From Alphaproteobacteria bacterium (GTDB lineage: Bacteria; Pseudomonadota; Alphaproteobacteria; MPNO01): a stretch of DNA of 64,000 nt. The number at the start of each line of letters is the position of its first letter. Position 1 is the first letter of the stretch. The notes below the pieces were generated by a model that did no database searches, had not been told where the DNA came from, and worked only from the letters and a program-made list of their open reading frames with translations. Shown piece after piece: positions 46,926 through 56,400 of this stretch. Position numbers and translations under genes: made by a program. The DNA lies in NCBI GenBank assembly GCA_965200535.1, contig CBDAUF010000001.1:519821-583820 (forward strand). Reading direction: 5' to 3'.

Positions 46926-48332
46926 TCATGACAGGGGAGGCTGCTGTCCGGTCGTCGGATGCGCCGCCTCGTAGGCCCTGGCGGCGCGCAGCACCGTCGC
47001 CTCGCCGTGGTACTGGCCGACGATTTGCAGACCGACCGGAAGGCCCGCCGCGGTGAAACCGCAGGGTATAGAGATCGCCGGCTGGCCGGTCAGGTTGAAC
47101 GGGAAGGTAAAGGGCGACCATTCCATCCAGTTCTCCTGGTCGTATCCGTCGGGCGACAACCGTCCGGCCTCGAAGGGCGGCACCGCCAGGGTCGGCGTCA
47201 GGAGGACATCGAAGGTTTCGAGGAACTGCTTTGCGGCGCGGGAGAACACGACGCGGCTCTCGACGGCCTCCATGTATTCGGTGCGTCCGATGGCGCGCGC
47301 CTTCTCGAGCACCGGGAGGATGCCGGGGTCGATCAGCGCGCGCTGTTCCGGGGCCAGATTCCTGAGTGCGTGGGCGATGCCGGCGAAGAAGTGGACCTCG
47401 AAGCAGGCGCTCGGGTTGCCGAACGGCGCCTCCACCAGTTCGACTTCGGCGCCGAGATGTTCGAACGCCGCCGCAGCTCCGGCAACGAGGCCCGCGACCT
47501 CCGGATCGACGCGGCCGTATCCCAGGGCCGGGCTGAAGGCGATGCGCAACCCGTCCACCCCGTCGTCGATCCCTGCGCCGAAATCGCGCCCGTCCCAGGG
47601 CAAGCCCGCCGGATCGCGCGCATCGGGCTGCGCCAGCACGTTCAGCATCATCGCCGTATCCGCGACCGTTCGCGTCATCGGACCGATGTGGCTGAGCGAA
47701 CCGGCGGCGCTCAGCGGATAGTTGGCGATGCGGCCGTGCGAGGCCTTGAGCGCGACCAGACCGCAGAAACTGCCCGGAATGCGGACCGACCCGCCCGCAT
47801 CGGTGCCGATGGCGGCATTGCCGATACCGGCGGCGAGCGCGGCGGCGGATCCGCCGCTCGATCCGCCCGGAGTCATCGCGGGATCCCACGGATTGTGGGT
47901 CACCCCGGTCAACGGGCAGTCGGTGACACCCTTCCAGCCGAACTCCGGCATGGTGGTCTTGCCGATGACGATGGCGCCCGCCTCCCGCACGCGCGCCACC
48001 GCGGGCGAATCCTCGGCGTCCGGCGTGTCCGGATCGGACAGCCTCGATCCCCTGAGCGTCGCCCAGCCGGTGGCGAGGAGAGCGTCCTTCACCGTGACCG
48101 GCACACCGTCGAGGGGCCCGGCCGGCGCCCCTCTCATCCAACGCCGTTCCGCCTCCAGCGCCGCTGCAAACGCCGCGTCCTCGTCGAGCAGATGGCAGAA
48201 CGCGTTGAGAGTCGCCTCGTGGCGGTCGATGCGCCGGTAGGCTGTCCGCACCGCGTCTGTCGGGGAGATTTCCCCGGACTCGAACGACGCGACCAGGTCG
48301 GTCAGCGCCATAAAGGCGGTCGTCTCGCTCAT
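46926..48332 (-). CDS. amidase-signature family amidase (fourth paralog)
   Basis: It has the GGSSGGSAAALAAGIG plus GTDAGGSVRIPGSFCGLVALK core. Length is 468 aa. Confidence 0.85.
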   Translation of the reverse strand: MSETTAFMALTDLVASFESGEISPTDAVRTAYRRIDRHEATLNAFCHLLDEDAAFAAALEAERRWMRGAPAGPLDGVPVTVKDALLATGWATLRGSRLSDPDTPDAEDSPAVARVREAGAIVIGKTTMPEFGWKGVTDCPLTGVTHNPWDPAMTPGGSSGGSAAALAAGIGNAAIGTDAGGSVRIPGSFCGLVALKASHGRIANYPLSAAGSLSHIGPMTRTVADTAMMLNVLAQPDARDPAGLPWDGRDFGAGIDDGVDGLRIAFSPALGYGRVDPEVAGLVAGAAAAFEHLGAEVELVEAPFGNPSACFEVHFFAGIAHALRNLAPEQRALIDPGILPVLEKARAIGRTEYMEAVESRVVFSRAAKQFLETFDVLLTPTLAVPPFEAGRLSPDGYDQENWMEWSPFTFPFNLTGQPAISIPCGFTAAGLPVGLQIVGQYHGEATVLRAARAYEAAHPTTGQQPPLS

Positions 48333-48507
48333 CGAAGCCTCGCATCGGCCGGTTGTCCCTGGGCCTTCGTCACCGGGACCATTCCCCGGGGGTCCGGTTG
48401 ACTCGACTACCGGCGGACGGGAAGATCACCGGCATGCAGATGGAATTATTGCGTGAATCTCACAGCCCGCAAGGCGCGTTCCGTTCGTTACAGCCAAGGA
48501 GGCGAGC

Positions 48508-49506
48508 ATGAATCCGGCGAGAATCGTATTCGGCGGCGTAATCCTTTCCCTCGCGCTTTCCGCCATTCCGGCGGCGGCGGCCAGCGTTTCGTGGAAATCG
48601 ATCACCGCCTTTCCGCGCAAGCACCCGTTCAACGCACCGCTGCACGAGTTCTCCAAGAAAGCGGCGCAGTACTCGAACAACGAGATCAGTATCCGCTACA
48701 TCGGCGGGCCCGACGTCACGCCGGTCCCGGAGCAGATGAAAGGCATCTCGCGCGGGGTCATCGACGTCTATTACGGGCCGATGTCCTATTTCCTCGGCGA
48801 GATACCGGAAATCCAGGCGTTCAACGGCTCCAACCTGCATGCCATGGAAGTCCGCTCGACCGGCGGGTTGGCGCTGATGAACCAGGCGGTTCGCAAGCGT
48901 CTCAACGCGGAACTGCTGGGCTATTACGGATCGGGCTACACGTTCTACGTCTATCTGACCGAAAAACCGAAGTTCGGTGCGGACGGCGCGCCCGATTTCA
49001 ACGGCATGAAAATCCGCGGCGTTGCGATCTATCGCGAATTCCTCAAGCGGTTCGGCGGCAGCGCGGTTCCGATGCACGTGGCCGAGATGTATTCCGGCCT
49101 CGAACGCGGCATCGTCAAGGGCGCGGCGTGGATCGGCCCGGGGGTGACCAATTTCGGCTGGGACAAGTTCCTCAAGTACCGGATCACGCCGGCTTACTGG
49201 CAGGGCGACATCATCATCGCCAGCAACAAGGACAAGTGGGACAAGCTGTCGACCGCACATAAGCGCGCGGTCACCCGCGCGGCGATCGAATCCGAGATCT
49301 GGGGGCACAGCCTGTTCGCGAAGATGAGCGCCGACGAGAAGGTCAAGCTCAAGAAGCGCGGAATGGTCGACATCGACCTGAAGGGCAAGGCAGCCGATAT
49401 CTATCTCGACGCGGCCTACGAGATCGGCGTGTGGCAGGCGCTGGCCAAGAACAAGATCCCGGCGGCGCTGATCGAGGAGTTCAAGACCAAGCTGTACCGC
49501 AAATAG
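48508..49506 (+). CDS. dctP: TRAP transporter substrate-binding protein, DctP family
   Basis: A signal peptide (MNPARIVFGGVILSLALSAIPAAAA) precedes a DctP-type SBP of 332 aa. A dctQ-dctM pair follows. Confidence 0.8.
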   Translation: MNPARIVFGGVILSLALSAIPAAAASVSWKSITAFPRKHPFNAPLHEFSKKAAQYSNNEISIRYIGGPDVTPVPEQMKGISRGVIDVYYGPMSYFLGEIPEIQAFNGSNLHAMEVRSTGGLALMNQAVRKRLNAELLGYYGSGYTFYVYLTEKPKFGADGAPDFNGMKIRGVAIYREFLKRFGGSAVPMHVAEMYSGLERGIVKGAAWIGPGVTNFGWDKFLKYRITPAYWQGDIIIASNKDKWDKLSTAHKRAVTRAAIESEIWGHSLFAKMSADEKVKLKKRGMVDIDLKGKAADIYLDAAYEIGVWQALAKNKIPAALIEEFKTKLYRK

Positions 49507-49540
49507 CGGCGCTTGCAGCCCGTACCCGGCGCGCGGCGTC

Positions 49541-50053
49541 ATGCACGGCCTCGCGCGGGCCTACGATGCGGTGATCGCGGGGCTGGCCGTGCTCGGCGGC
49601 CTCGTGCTCGCCGCGATCTTTCTCGCCATCGTCTATGACGTGACGGTGCGCACGGTCGGCATCCCCTCGCCGCTGTGGACCGTGACGCTCGCCGAGTACG
49701 GGCTTCTCCACTCGACCCTGTACGCGACGCCCTGGGTGCTGCGGCGCAAGAGCCACGTCTTCATCACCATTTTCATCGGCCGGCTCAGGGGGGCGCCGCG
49801 GCTCTGGCTCGAGCGCGCGGTCTATGTCGCCGGGATCGCGATCTGTCTCCTGCTGGCCTATTACTCGCTGACCGTCGTGATCGCGGAGTACATCCGCGGT
49901 TTCGAGGACATCCGCTCGTTCGCCATGCCGGGCTGGATCGTCACCGCGCCGGTGCCGCTCGCATTCTTCCTTCTGGCGACCGAGTTCACCCGTTTCCTCC
50001 TGGGACCGGACTCGATGCTGGCCGGCGACCGGGCAGGCGCCGAAGGCCTCTGA
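49541..50053 (+). CDS. dctQ: TRAP transporter small permease, DctQ family
   Basis: Length is 170 aa with 4 TM helices. A 1 nt gap separates it from the dctM start. Confidence 0.75.
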   Translation: MHGLARAYDAVIAGLAVLGGLVLAAIFLAIVYDVTVRTVGIPSPLWTVTLAEYGLLHSTLYATPWVLRRKSHVFITIFIGRLRGAPRLWLERAVYVAGIAICLLLAYYSLTVVIAEYIRGFEDIRSFAMPGWIVTAPVPLAFFLLATEFTRFLLGPDSMLAGDRAGAEGL

Positions 50054-50054
50054 G

Positions 50055-51380
50055 ATGGAGTGGTACACCGCGGGCATCCTGATGCTCGGACTGGTGGTCG
50101 GGCTGATGGCGCTCTCCATCCCGGTCGCCTTCGCCTTCCTGATCGCCAACGTCGTCGGTGCGGTGGTGTTCATGGGCGGCGTCGCCGGCATCGAACAGCT
50201 CATCAACAACGCGACCCGGTCGATCTCCAACTTCCTGCTGATCCCGGTGCCGCTGTTCATCCTGATGGGCGAGCTGTTCTTCCATTGCGGTATTGCCGAA
50301 CGCATCTTCTCGACCCTCGACCGCGTGTTCGGGCGGGTGCCGGGCCGGCTGTCCTATATGGCGGTCGCGGGAGGAACCATCTTCGCGGCGCTCTCGGGGT
50401 CGAGCATCTCGACGACGGCGATGATGGGTTCCTCGATGGTGCCCGAGATGACGCGCCGGGGCTACAAGAAGCACATGTCGATGGGGCCGATCCTGGGCTC
50501 CGGCAGCCTCGCCATCCTGATCCCCCCGTCGGCGCTCGTCGTCCTGCTCGGCAGTCTCATGGGCGCGCTGACGACGGTCGATATCGGCCGTCTGCTGATC
50601 GGCGGCATCGTGCCGGGGTTGATCCTCGCCAGTTTCTACGCTGTCCTGATCTTCGTGCAGGTCCGCTTCGATCCCGATGCGGCGCCTCGATACGACGTGG
50701 AGCCCGCCGATATCGGCACCCGGATCCTGCTCGCCGCGATCAATATCCTGCCGCTCGGCCTCGTCTTCTTTTGCGTTGTCGGGCTGATCCTGATCGGCGT
50801 CGCCACGCCGTCCGAGGCCGCCGCCTTCGGCGTCGTCGGGGTGTTGGTGCTGGCCGCTGCGTTCCGCGTCCTGAGCTGGCGGGTGATCCGCAAGTCGATC
50901 GAGGGGACTCTGGTGGTCACCACCATGGTCTTCATGATCCTGATGGCGTCCTCGACCTTCAGCCAGATCATGGCCTTCTCGGGCGCAAGCGCGGGGATCG
51001 TCGACTGGGTCACCGGGTTCGAAATGCCGCGGCTGGCGATGCTGCTGTTCATGTTCGCCGTGCTGCTGTTCCTCGGCATGTTCGTCGACCAGATCTCGCA
51101 GATGATGCTGACCATCCCGATCTTCGTGCCGCTGGCGATCTCGCTCGGCTTCGACCCAGTGTGGTTCGGCATCATCATCGTTCTGGCGCTCGAGATCTCG
51201 ACCACGACGCCGCCTTTCGGGCTGCTGCTGTTCGTGATGATGGGGGTCGCGCCGCCGGACACCACGTTCTCGCAGGTGGTCTATGCGGGCCTGCCCTATA
51301 TCGGCTGCGCCTTCGTCCTGCTGGCGCTCCTGATCGCGGTGCCCGATGTCGTACTGTGGTTGCCGGGCCTGATGGGCTGA
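50055..51380 (+). CDS. dctM: TRAP transporter large permease, DctM family
   Basis: Length is 441 aa. MEWYTAGILMLGLVVGLMALSIPVAFAFLI is a DctM N-terminus. Confidence 0.9.
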   Translation: MEWYTAGILMLGLVVGLMALSIPVAFAFLIANVVGAVVFMGGVAGIEQLINNATRSISNFLLIPVPLFILMGELFFHCGIAERIFSTLDRVFGRVPGRLSYMAVAGGTIFAALSGSSISTTAMMGSSMVPEMTRRGYKKHMSMGPILGSGSLAILIPPSALVVLLGSLMGALTTVDIGRLLIGGIVPGLILASFYAVLIFVQVRFDPDAAPRYDVEPADIGTRILLAAINILPLGLVFFCVVGLILIGVATPSEAAAFGVVGVLVLAAAFRVLSWRVIRKSIEGTLVVTTMVFMILMASSTFSQIMAFSGASAGIVDWVTGFEMPRLAMLLFMFAVLLFLGMFVDQISQMMLTIPIFVPLAISLGFDPVWFGIIIVLALEISTTTPPFGLLLFVMMGVAPPDTTFSQVVYAGLPYIGCAFVLLALLIAVPDVVLWLPGLMG

Positions 51381-51402
51381 CAGGACGGAGAGGAGAATCG
51401 GG

Positions 51403-52092
51403 ATGGCCGCAAATTCGTTTCGCGAGGCGCTGCAGGAGACGGTCGACCGGCGCCACCAGGCCGGCCACCCGTTGATCGACAAATGGGCGGCGGGCGAGGC
51501 GAAACGGGAGACGGTCGCCGGCGCCATCCGCGAGCACTGGTACTGGATCAGCAAGCTGATTCCCACGGCCCTGTTCAATATCTGCGCCAGGGCTCCCGAC
51601 GATGTCGTCGAGATGGAGATGGAGAACTACCGGGAAGAGACCGATCCCGCCAACCCGCATGTCGAGCTGCTGCTGCGCTTCTGCGAGGCCTGCGGCATGA
51701 CCCGCGAGCAACTCGCCGGCGGGCGCGGCCTGCCGACCACGGAGTGCTGGCTCAACTGGGAACTGACGACCACAGCGACGCAGCACTGGATCGCCGGCGT
51801 GGCCGGGGTGCATATCGCGAGCGAAGCGCAGGAGCCGAGGCTCTTCTCCAGGGTGTTGCCCGCCCTGCGCGAGACCTACGGGTTCACCGAACACGAGCTC
51901 GAGTACTGGTGGCTCCATGCCGAGGCCGACATCGAGCATGGCGGCCGGGCGTTCGAGATCCTGGTGAAGCACTGCGATACGCGCGAAAAGCAGGATATGG
52001 CGCTGCACTACGCCGGCGAGGGCGCGCGCCTCAAATACATGTTCTGGGACGGCATCAACCTGCACTACGAGACCGGCTACCGTCTGCAGTAG
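51403..52092 (+). CDS. PqqC/TenA-like (haem-oxygenase-like fold) iron-containing redox enzyme family protein
   Basis: Length is 229 aa, all alpha-helical. It has the PqqC-like patterns (HPLIDKWAAGEAKRETVAGAIREHWYWI, EHELEYWWLHAEADIEHG). It sits 22 nt downstream of dctM. Confidence 0.5.
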   Translation: MAANSFREALQETVDRRHQAGHPLIDKWAAGEAKRETVAGAIREHWYWISKLIPTALFNICARAPDDVVEMEMENYREETDPANPHVELLLRFCEACGMTREQLAGGRGLPTTECWLNWELTTTATQHWIAGVAGVHIASEAQEPRLFSRVLPALRETYGFTEHELEYWWLHAEADIEHGGRAFEILVKHCDTREKQDMALHYAGEGARLKYMFWDGINLHYETGYRLQ

Positions 52093-52102
52093 ACGGCGGC
52101 GG

Positions 52103-53441
52103 TCAGAGCTTGATCGAGACCGGATAGGTGGCGATCGGCGGAAACAGGACGATCAGGATCAGGACGAACAGCATCGCCAGCGCGAACGGCGCCGCGCCGA
52201 TGAAGATGTCCTTGAGCGCGATATCGGGACGCGCCAGCGTCGAGTGGACGACATAGACCGCGATTCCGAGCGGCGGGGTCAACAGACCGATCTCCGTGGC
52301 GATCACAGTCACGATGCCGAACCACACCAGGTCGATCTCGAAGAATTTGAGCGCCGCCAGGAACAGCGGCACCATGATCAGCATGATCGAGACCGAGTCG
52401 ATGATCGTGCCGAGGACGATCACCGCCAGGATGTAGAAGGCGAGCATGCCGTAGAAGCCGGCGCCGAGACTGTCGAAGATCGCCGCCATCTCCGACGGCA
52501 GACCCGACAGCCCGAGCATCCGGCTGTACATGCTGGCCGAACAGATCAGGAAGAGGAGCGTCGCCGTGATGCTCCCCGATTCCAGAAGCACGTTCCAGAA
52601 ACTGCGCCAGGTGAGAGCGCGGCGGGCGAGCGCGAAGACCAGGGCCAGCAAGGCGCCGGCGGCGCCCGCCTCGACCGGGGTGAAGACGCCGCCGTAGAGC
52701 CCGCCCAACACCAGCAGCACCAGCGAGGTGATCGGCAGCGCCTTGCGCCAGAGGTCGCCCGCGCTGAGGGATGCGTCCCCTTCTTCCTCGGATTTGGCGG
52801 CATGGGCGGCTTCGGTGCGCACCGAGCGCGGAAACAGCGTCGCCATGATGAAGATCAGGCCGCAGAAGGCGATCGTCAGCAGGATCGCCGGGGCCGATGC
52901 CGGCGATGAACAGGTCGCCGACCGATTCCTCGGCGATCAGCGCGTAGATGATCAGCAGCACGCTCGGCGGAATCAGCATGCCGAGCACCGACGACCCGGC
53001 GACGGTGCCGACGGCGAAGCGCCCGAAATAGCCGTGGCGCATCATCTCGGGCACCGCGACCTTGGAAAAGACCGATGCGGAAGCCACCGAGGCGCCGGTG
53101 ATCGACGCGAAGATCGCGTTGGCGACGACCGTCGCCATACCGAGCCCGCCGCGCACCTTGCGGAGCATGATCTGGCCGATGTCGTAGGCATCCCGCCCCA
53201 TGCCCGCCGCGGCGACGAGGAATCCCATCAGGACGAAGAGCGGGATGACCGCGAAGACGAAATTGTTCACTGTCTTCTCGGCGGCAACCAGAAGCAGGTT
53301 GAGGGCGATCACGACATTGCCCTTGATCACCCAGGTGCCGACGAAAGAAATCAGCGCCAGGGTGACCGAGATGTGCATGCCGAAATAGATCAGCAGCAGC
53401 ATCGCGAACACCGATACCAGGGCGATTTCGAACGCTTCCAT
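52103..53441 (-). pseudogene. dctM: TRAP large permease DctM disrupted by a +1 frameshift (or sequencing error) in a GC homopolymer at ~52886-52894
   Basis: The N-terminal 186 aa lie in one frame (…LFIAGIGPG). The rest (…ILLTIAFCG…MATLFP…) lies in another frame (ORF 52103..52846). The junction is at GGGGCC, a G4 run. The intact paralog at 12765 reads straight through here. Confidence 0.65.
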
Positions 53442-53450
53442 GCGCGGCGC

Positions 53451-53981
53451 CTAACGCGTCCCTTCCGGACGCAGCATGGCCTGCGCGCTGCCCGCGGCGA
53501 GCGCCAGAAACTGGAGCCCCGTCAGGGCGCAGCCGAGAAACACGATCAGGAGCCTGGGCCAGTCGGGGAAGGCGAAGACGCCGATGACCCCGACATAGAA
53601 ATCGAGTTCGTAGGCCTTGATCCATTTCGGCCAGGCGCCCTTCATGATCGCTCCCATGAGGGCCGCTCCGGCGATGTAGAACACCGCCGAGAGTCCGTGG
53701 CCCACGCGCGGATAGCCGGCGATCAGGCGGTTCAACACACTGTCCGACCGCGTCATGCTGCCCGAGCGCAGGGTGTAGGCGAGCTGGAGATAGAGGACGG
53801 CGACCACCGACATGGTGACCAGCTCGGTGGCCCCGTTGATCGGCGCGTTGAACAGGAAACGCATCGCGATGTCGGCCGAGATCGTCAGCATCATCACGAA
53901 GATCCACGCCGAGCCGAGGCTGTTGCCGGAGACGACGACCGCGCCGAGGATGCGGTCGAAGACGGTCAGCAACGGCGGCAT
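53451..53981 (-). CDS. dctQ: TRAP transporter small permease, DctQ family
   Basis: An internal ATG (MPPLLTVFDRILGAVVV) gives 4 TM helices. The gene appears intact but sits between the two lesioned genes of this TRAP operon. Confidence 0.65.
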   Translation of the reverse strand: MPPLLTVFDRILGAVVVSGNSLGSAWIFVMMLTISADIAMRFLFNAPINGATELVTMSVVAVLYLQLAYTLRSGSMTRSDSVLNRLIAGYPRVGHGLSAVFYIAGAALMGAIMKGAWPKWIKAYELDFYVGVIGVFAFPDWPRLLIVFLGCALTGLQFLALAAGSAQAMLRPEGTR

Positions 53982-54068
53982 GGGCAGGCCTTTCCCGGCA
54001 TCGCGCCCTGTTGCCCTACGGCCTCCCGCCGGGGGCGTGCGCGGACGCACCCGGCGGGAGGAGACGGT

Positions 54069-55142
54069 CTACTCGCGGTCCCAATTGCGGATCACGAGCT
54101 GCTTCTTGGCGCGCATGAAGTCCATGTACGCGACCAGCATCTTGGTCCCCGGCAGGCCGGCCTTGTCCTGACGCGCGGCCCGTTGCTTGGCGATGTTGGG
54201 GATCGCCGAGGCCCAGGCCTTCCTCTCGGCATTGCCGAGCGCGAGAGTCTCCTGACCGTATTTTTTCTCGCACACGCCGCGACCCCATTTGGCGCCGCCG
54301 ATCAGCCGGTTGTTGGCGTCGTCGCGCCAGGTCGCCGAGGCTTCCCTGATTGCCGACTGCACCTCGCGCGGGATCTTCGCCCACGAATCCATGTTGGCGG
54401 TGAGCAGCGCATTGGCGATGGCGCCGAATCCGACCTCCATCTTGTACTTGGTGAGTTCGCAGAACTTGAACGCCGCCATGGCCTGCTGCCACAGCACGCC
54501 GCCGTCGTAGACCCCGGTCTTCAGCGAGTTGTACATCGTCGCGAGACCCTTGATGGTCACCGCGGTCGCGCCGACCGCTGTCACCCAGGGAATGTTCGCG
54601 CCGACGGCGCCGATCTTCATGCCCTTGAGCTGCTCGATCTTGGTGACCTTCTCTCGCGTCCAGAGCTCGTACAGGTCGGCAGTGCCGGTAAGGCCCAGGA
54701 GCGACTGGTTGAACCGCTGAATCTGCTTCTCCATCGCCGGGAAGCCGGCGTAGAGATGGTTCATCGCGTCAGTCGCGACGTGCACGTCCAGGGTGGAGAA
54801 CGGTGTGACGTAGTTGACCTGGTACAGCGACAGCTTGGCCTAGTGGAACGGGCCCGGCACGACGCCGAGATCGCCGAGTCCGGTCTGCACCCCATCCAGT
54901 TCGCCGCGCACCTTGACGATCTGCCCGCCGAAGCCCTGCACCCAGGAAACCTTGTACTTGCCGGTCTTGGCGAGGATTTCGTCCACCTTCGGGATGAAGG
55001 CCTTGATCGCCGCGCCAACGGGCGCGTAGTTGTGGTTGTTCCCCGAAATGATGGTCAGGCGGACTTTTTCCGCCGCCCCCGCCGTCCCGGCGGCGAGCGC
55101 CGCGATCGACAGCGCGGCTGCGATGGTACCGGTGCTGCGCAC
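54069..55142 (-). pseudogene. dctP: TRAP substrate-binding protein DctP interrupted by an in-frame amber (TAG) codon at 54840-54842
   Basis: ORFs 54840..55232 and 54069..54785 are in the same frame. Read-through gives …GPFH*AKLSLYQVNYVTPF…, and the paralog at 10985 has …SLFEQAKLPLQNVAYMAPF. This fits a single Gln/Glu-to-stop substitution. The GTG start at 55142 has a GGAGGA RBS. Confidence 0.65.
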
Positions 55143-55336
55143 GAGTTCCTCCCATGTATCTGTCTTTAACGGTGTCTGACCGTTGCGTGCGATCCGGATT
55201 TCGATACCACAGCAATTCCGGAGACCGGTCAAGCAGCAGGCGTCGGTATCCGTGCGGCGCCGGCGGGTTGTTCCATAGGGCGGGGCGCCCCGCTATGATC
55301 CCGTGCCGAACTGAGATCACTGACGGGAGCGGAAGA

Positions 55337-56317
55337 ATGCGTTGGATTCAAACAGGGTTGGGTATGTTCGCGGCGGCCGCGCTGGCGGGCTCGCTCGCGG
55401 GACCGGCGGCGGCGCAGACGGTCGGCATCGGCGCGACCAAGGCGGGTGCGGTCTCGCAGATCACGGCGACCATCTCCAAGGCGGTCTCCGAACACGCCGG
55501 CGGCCTGCAGATGCGCCGGCAGACGATGGGCGGGACGCAGCAATACATTCCGGTGGTCAACGCCGGCGAACTCGAGTTCGGGATCTCCAACATCCCGCAA
55601 TATTCGATGGCCTTCACCGGCACCGGGCTGTCGAAGGGCAACACGTATAACAACCTGCGCCTCGTCTCGACGATCATGAAGTTCACCGTGAGCCCTGTGG
55701 TTTCCAAGAAATCCGGCATCACCTCGATCGACCAGCTCAAGGGGACGCGCACGCCGGTCGGCTTCAAGGCGGCACCGCTGTTCGTGCACATCGTCAACGG
55801 CACGCTGGCAACGCGGGGGATGACGCCCGCCGACATCAGCAAGCCCGTGCCGCAGGTCGGGCTGGTGCAGCACTGGCGCGCCTTCATGGCGGGCAAGATC
55901 GACTGGGTGATCGCCGCAGCGGGCTCGGGGTTCGTCAAGCAGATGGACGCCAAGATCGACGGCGGCGTGCGCCACATTTCCTACCCGAACACGCCCGAGG
56001 CTCTCGCCGGGATGCACAAGTGGTTCCCCAAAAGCGAATGGAGCCTGGTCAAGCCGGCCAAGGGGCTGACCGCGGTCGTCGAGCCCACCGTGTTCGTGAC
56101 CTACGACTTCCTGCTGTGGACCCACAAGGGCGTGTCCGACGACATCGTCTACAAGGTCACCAAGGTGATGCACACCCAGGAGAAACAGCTCAAGGAAGGC
56201 GGCCCGCTGTGGCGGTCGTTCAGCGCCGACAAGCGGCTCGCCAAGCAGCACGGTTTCCCCTATCACCCGGCTGCGGTGAAGTATTACAAGGAAGTGAAGC
56301 TGTGGCCCGCCGGCTAA
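55337..56317 (+). CDS. TRAP transporter solute receptor, TAXI family
   Basis: A signal peptide (MRWIQTGLGMFAAAALAGSLAGPAAA) precedes a TAXI-type SBP of 326 aa. A fused TRAP permease follows. Confidence 0.8.
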   Translation: MRWIQTGLGMFAAAALAGSLAGPAAAQTVGIGATKAGAVSQITATISKAVSEHAGGLQMRRQTMGGTQQYIPVVNAGELEFGISNIPQYSMAFTGTGLSKGNTYNNLRLVSTIMKFTVSPVVSKKSGITSIDQLKGTRTPVGFKAAPLFVHIVNGTLATRGMTPADISKPVPQVGLVQHWRAFMAGKIDWVIAAAGSGFVKQMDAKIDGGVRHISYPNTPEALAGMHKWFPKSEWSLVKPAKGLTAVVEPTVFVTYDFLLWTHKGVSDDIVYKVTKVMHTQEKQLKEGGPLWRSFSADKRLAKQHGFPYHPAAVKYYKEVKLWPAG

Positions 56318-56400
56318 GACGGCACATGTTGTAACCCGGCGTGATCGCCCGCGCCCTCCGCGGCGCGGGCGTTCGCCGGGCGGCGGCAGGGAATCCCGAC

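Noticed and set aside
54840-54842. The in-frame TAG in dctP as a recoded codon (pyrrolysine or programmed read-through)
   Set aside because: There is no pyl machinery and no precedent in Alphaproteobacteria. A second, independent lesion (the dctM frameshift) in the same operon argues for pseudogenisation or sequencing error instead.
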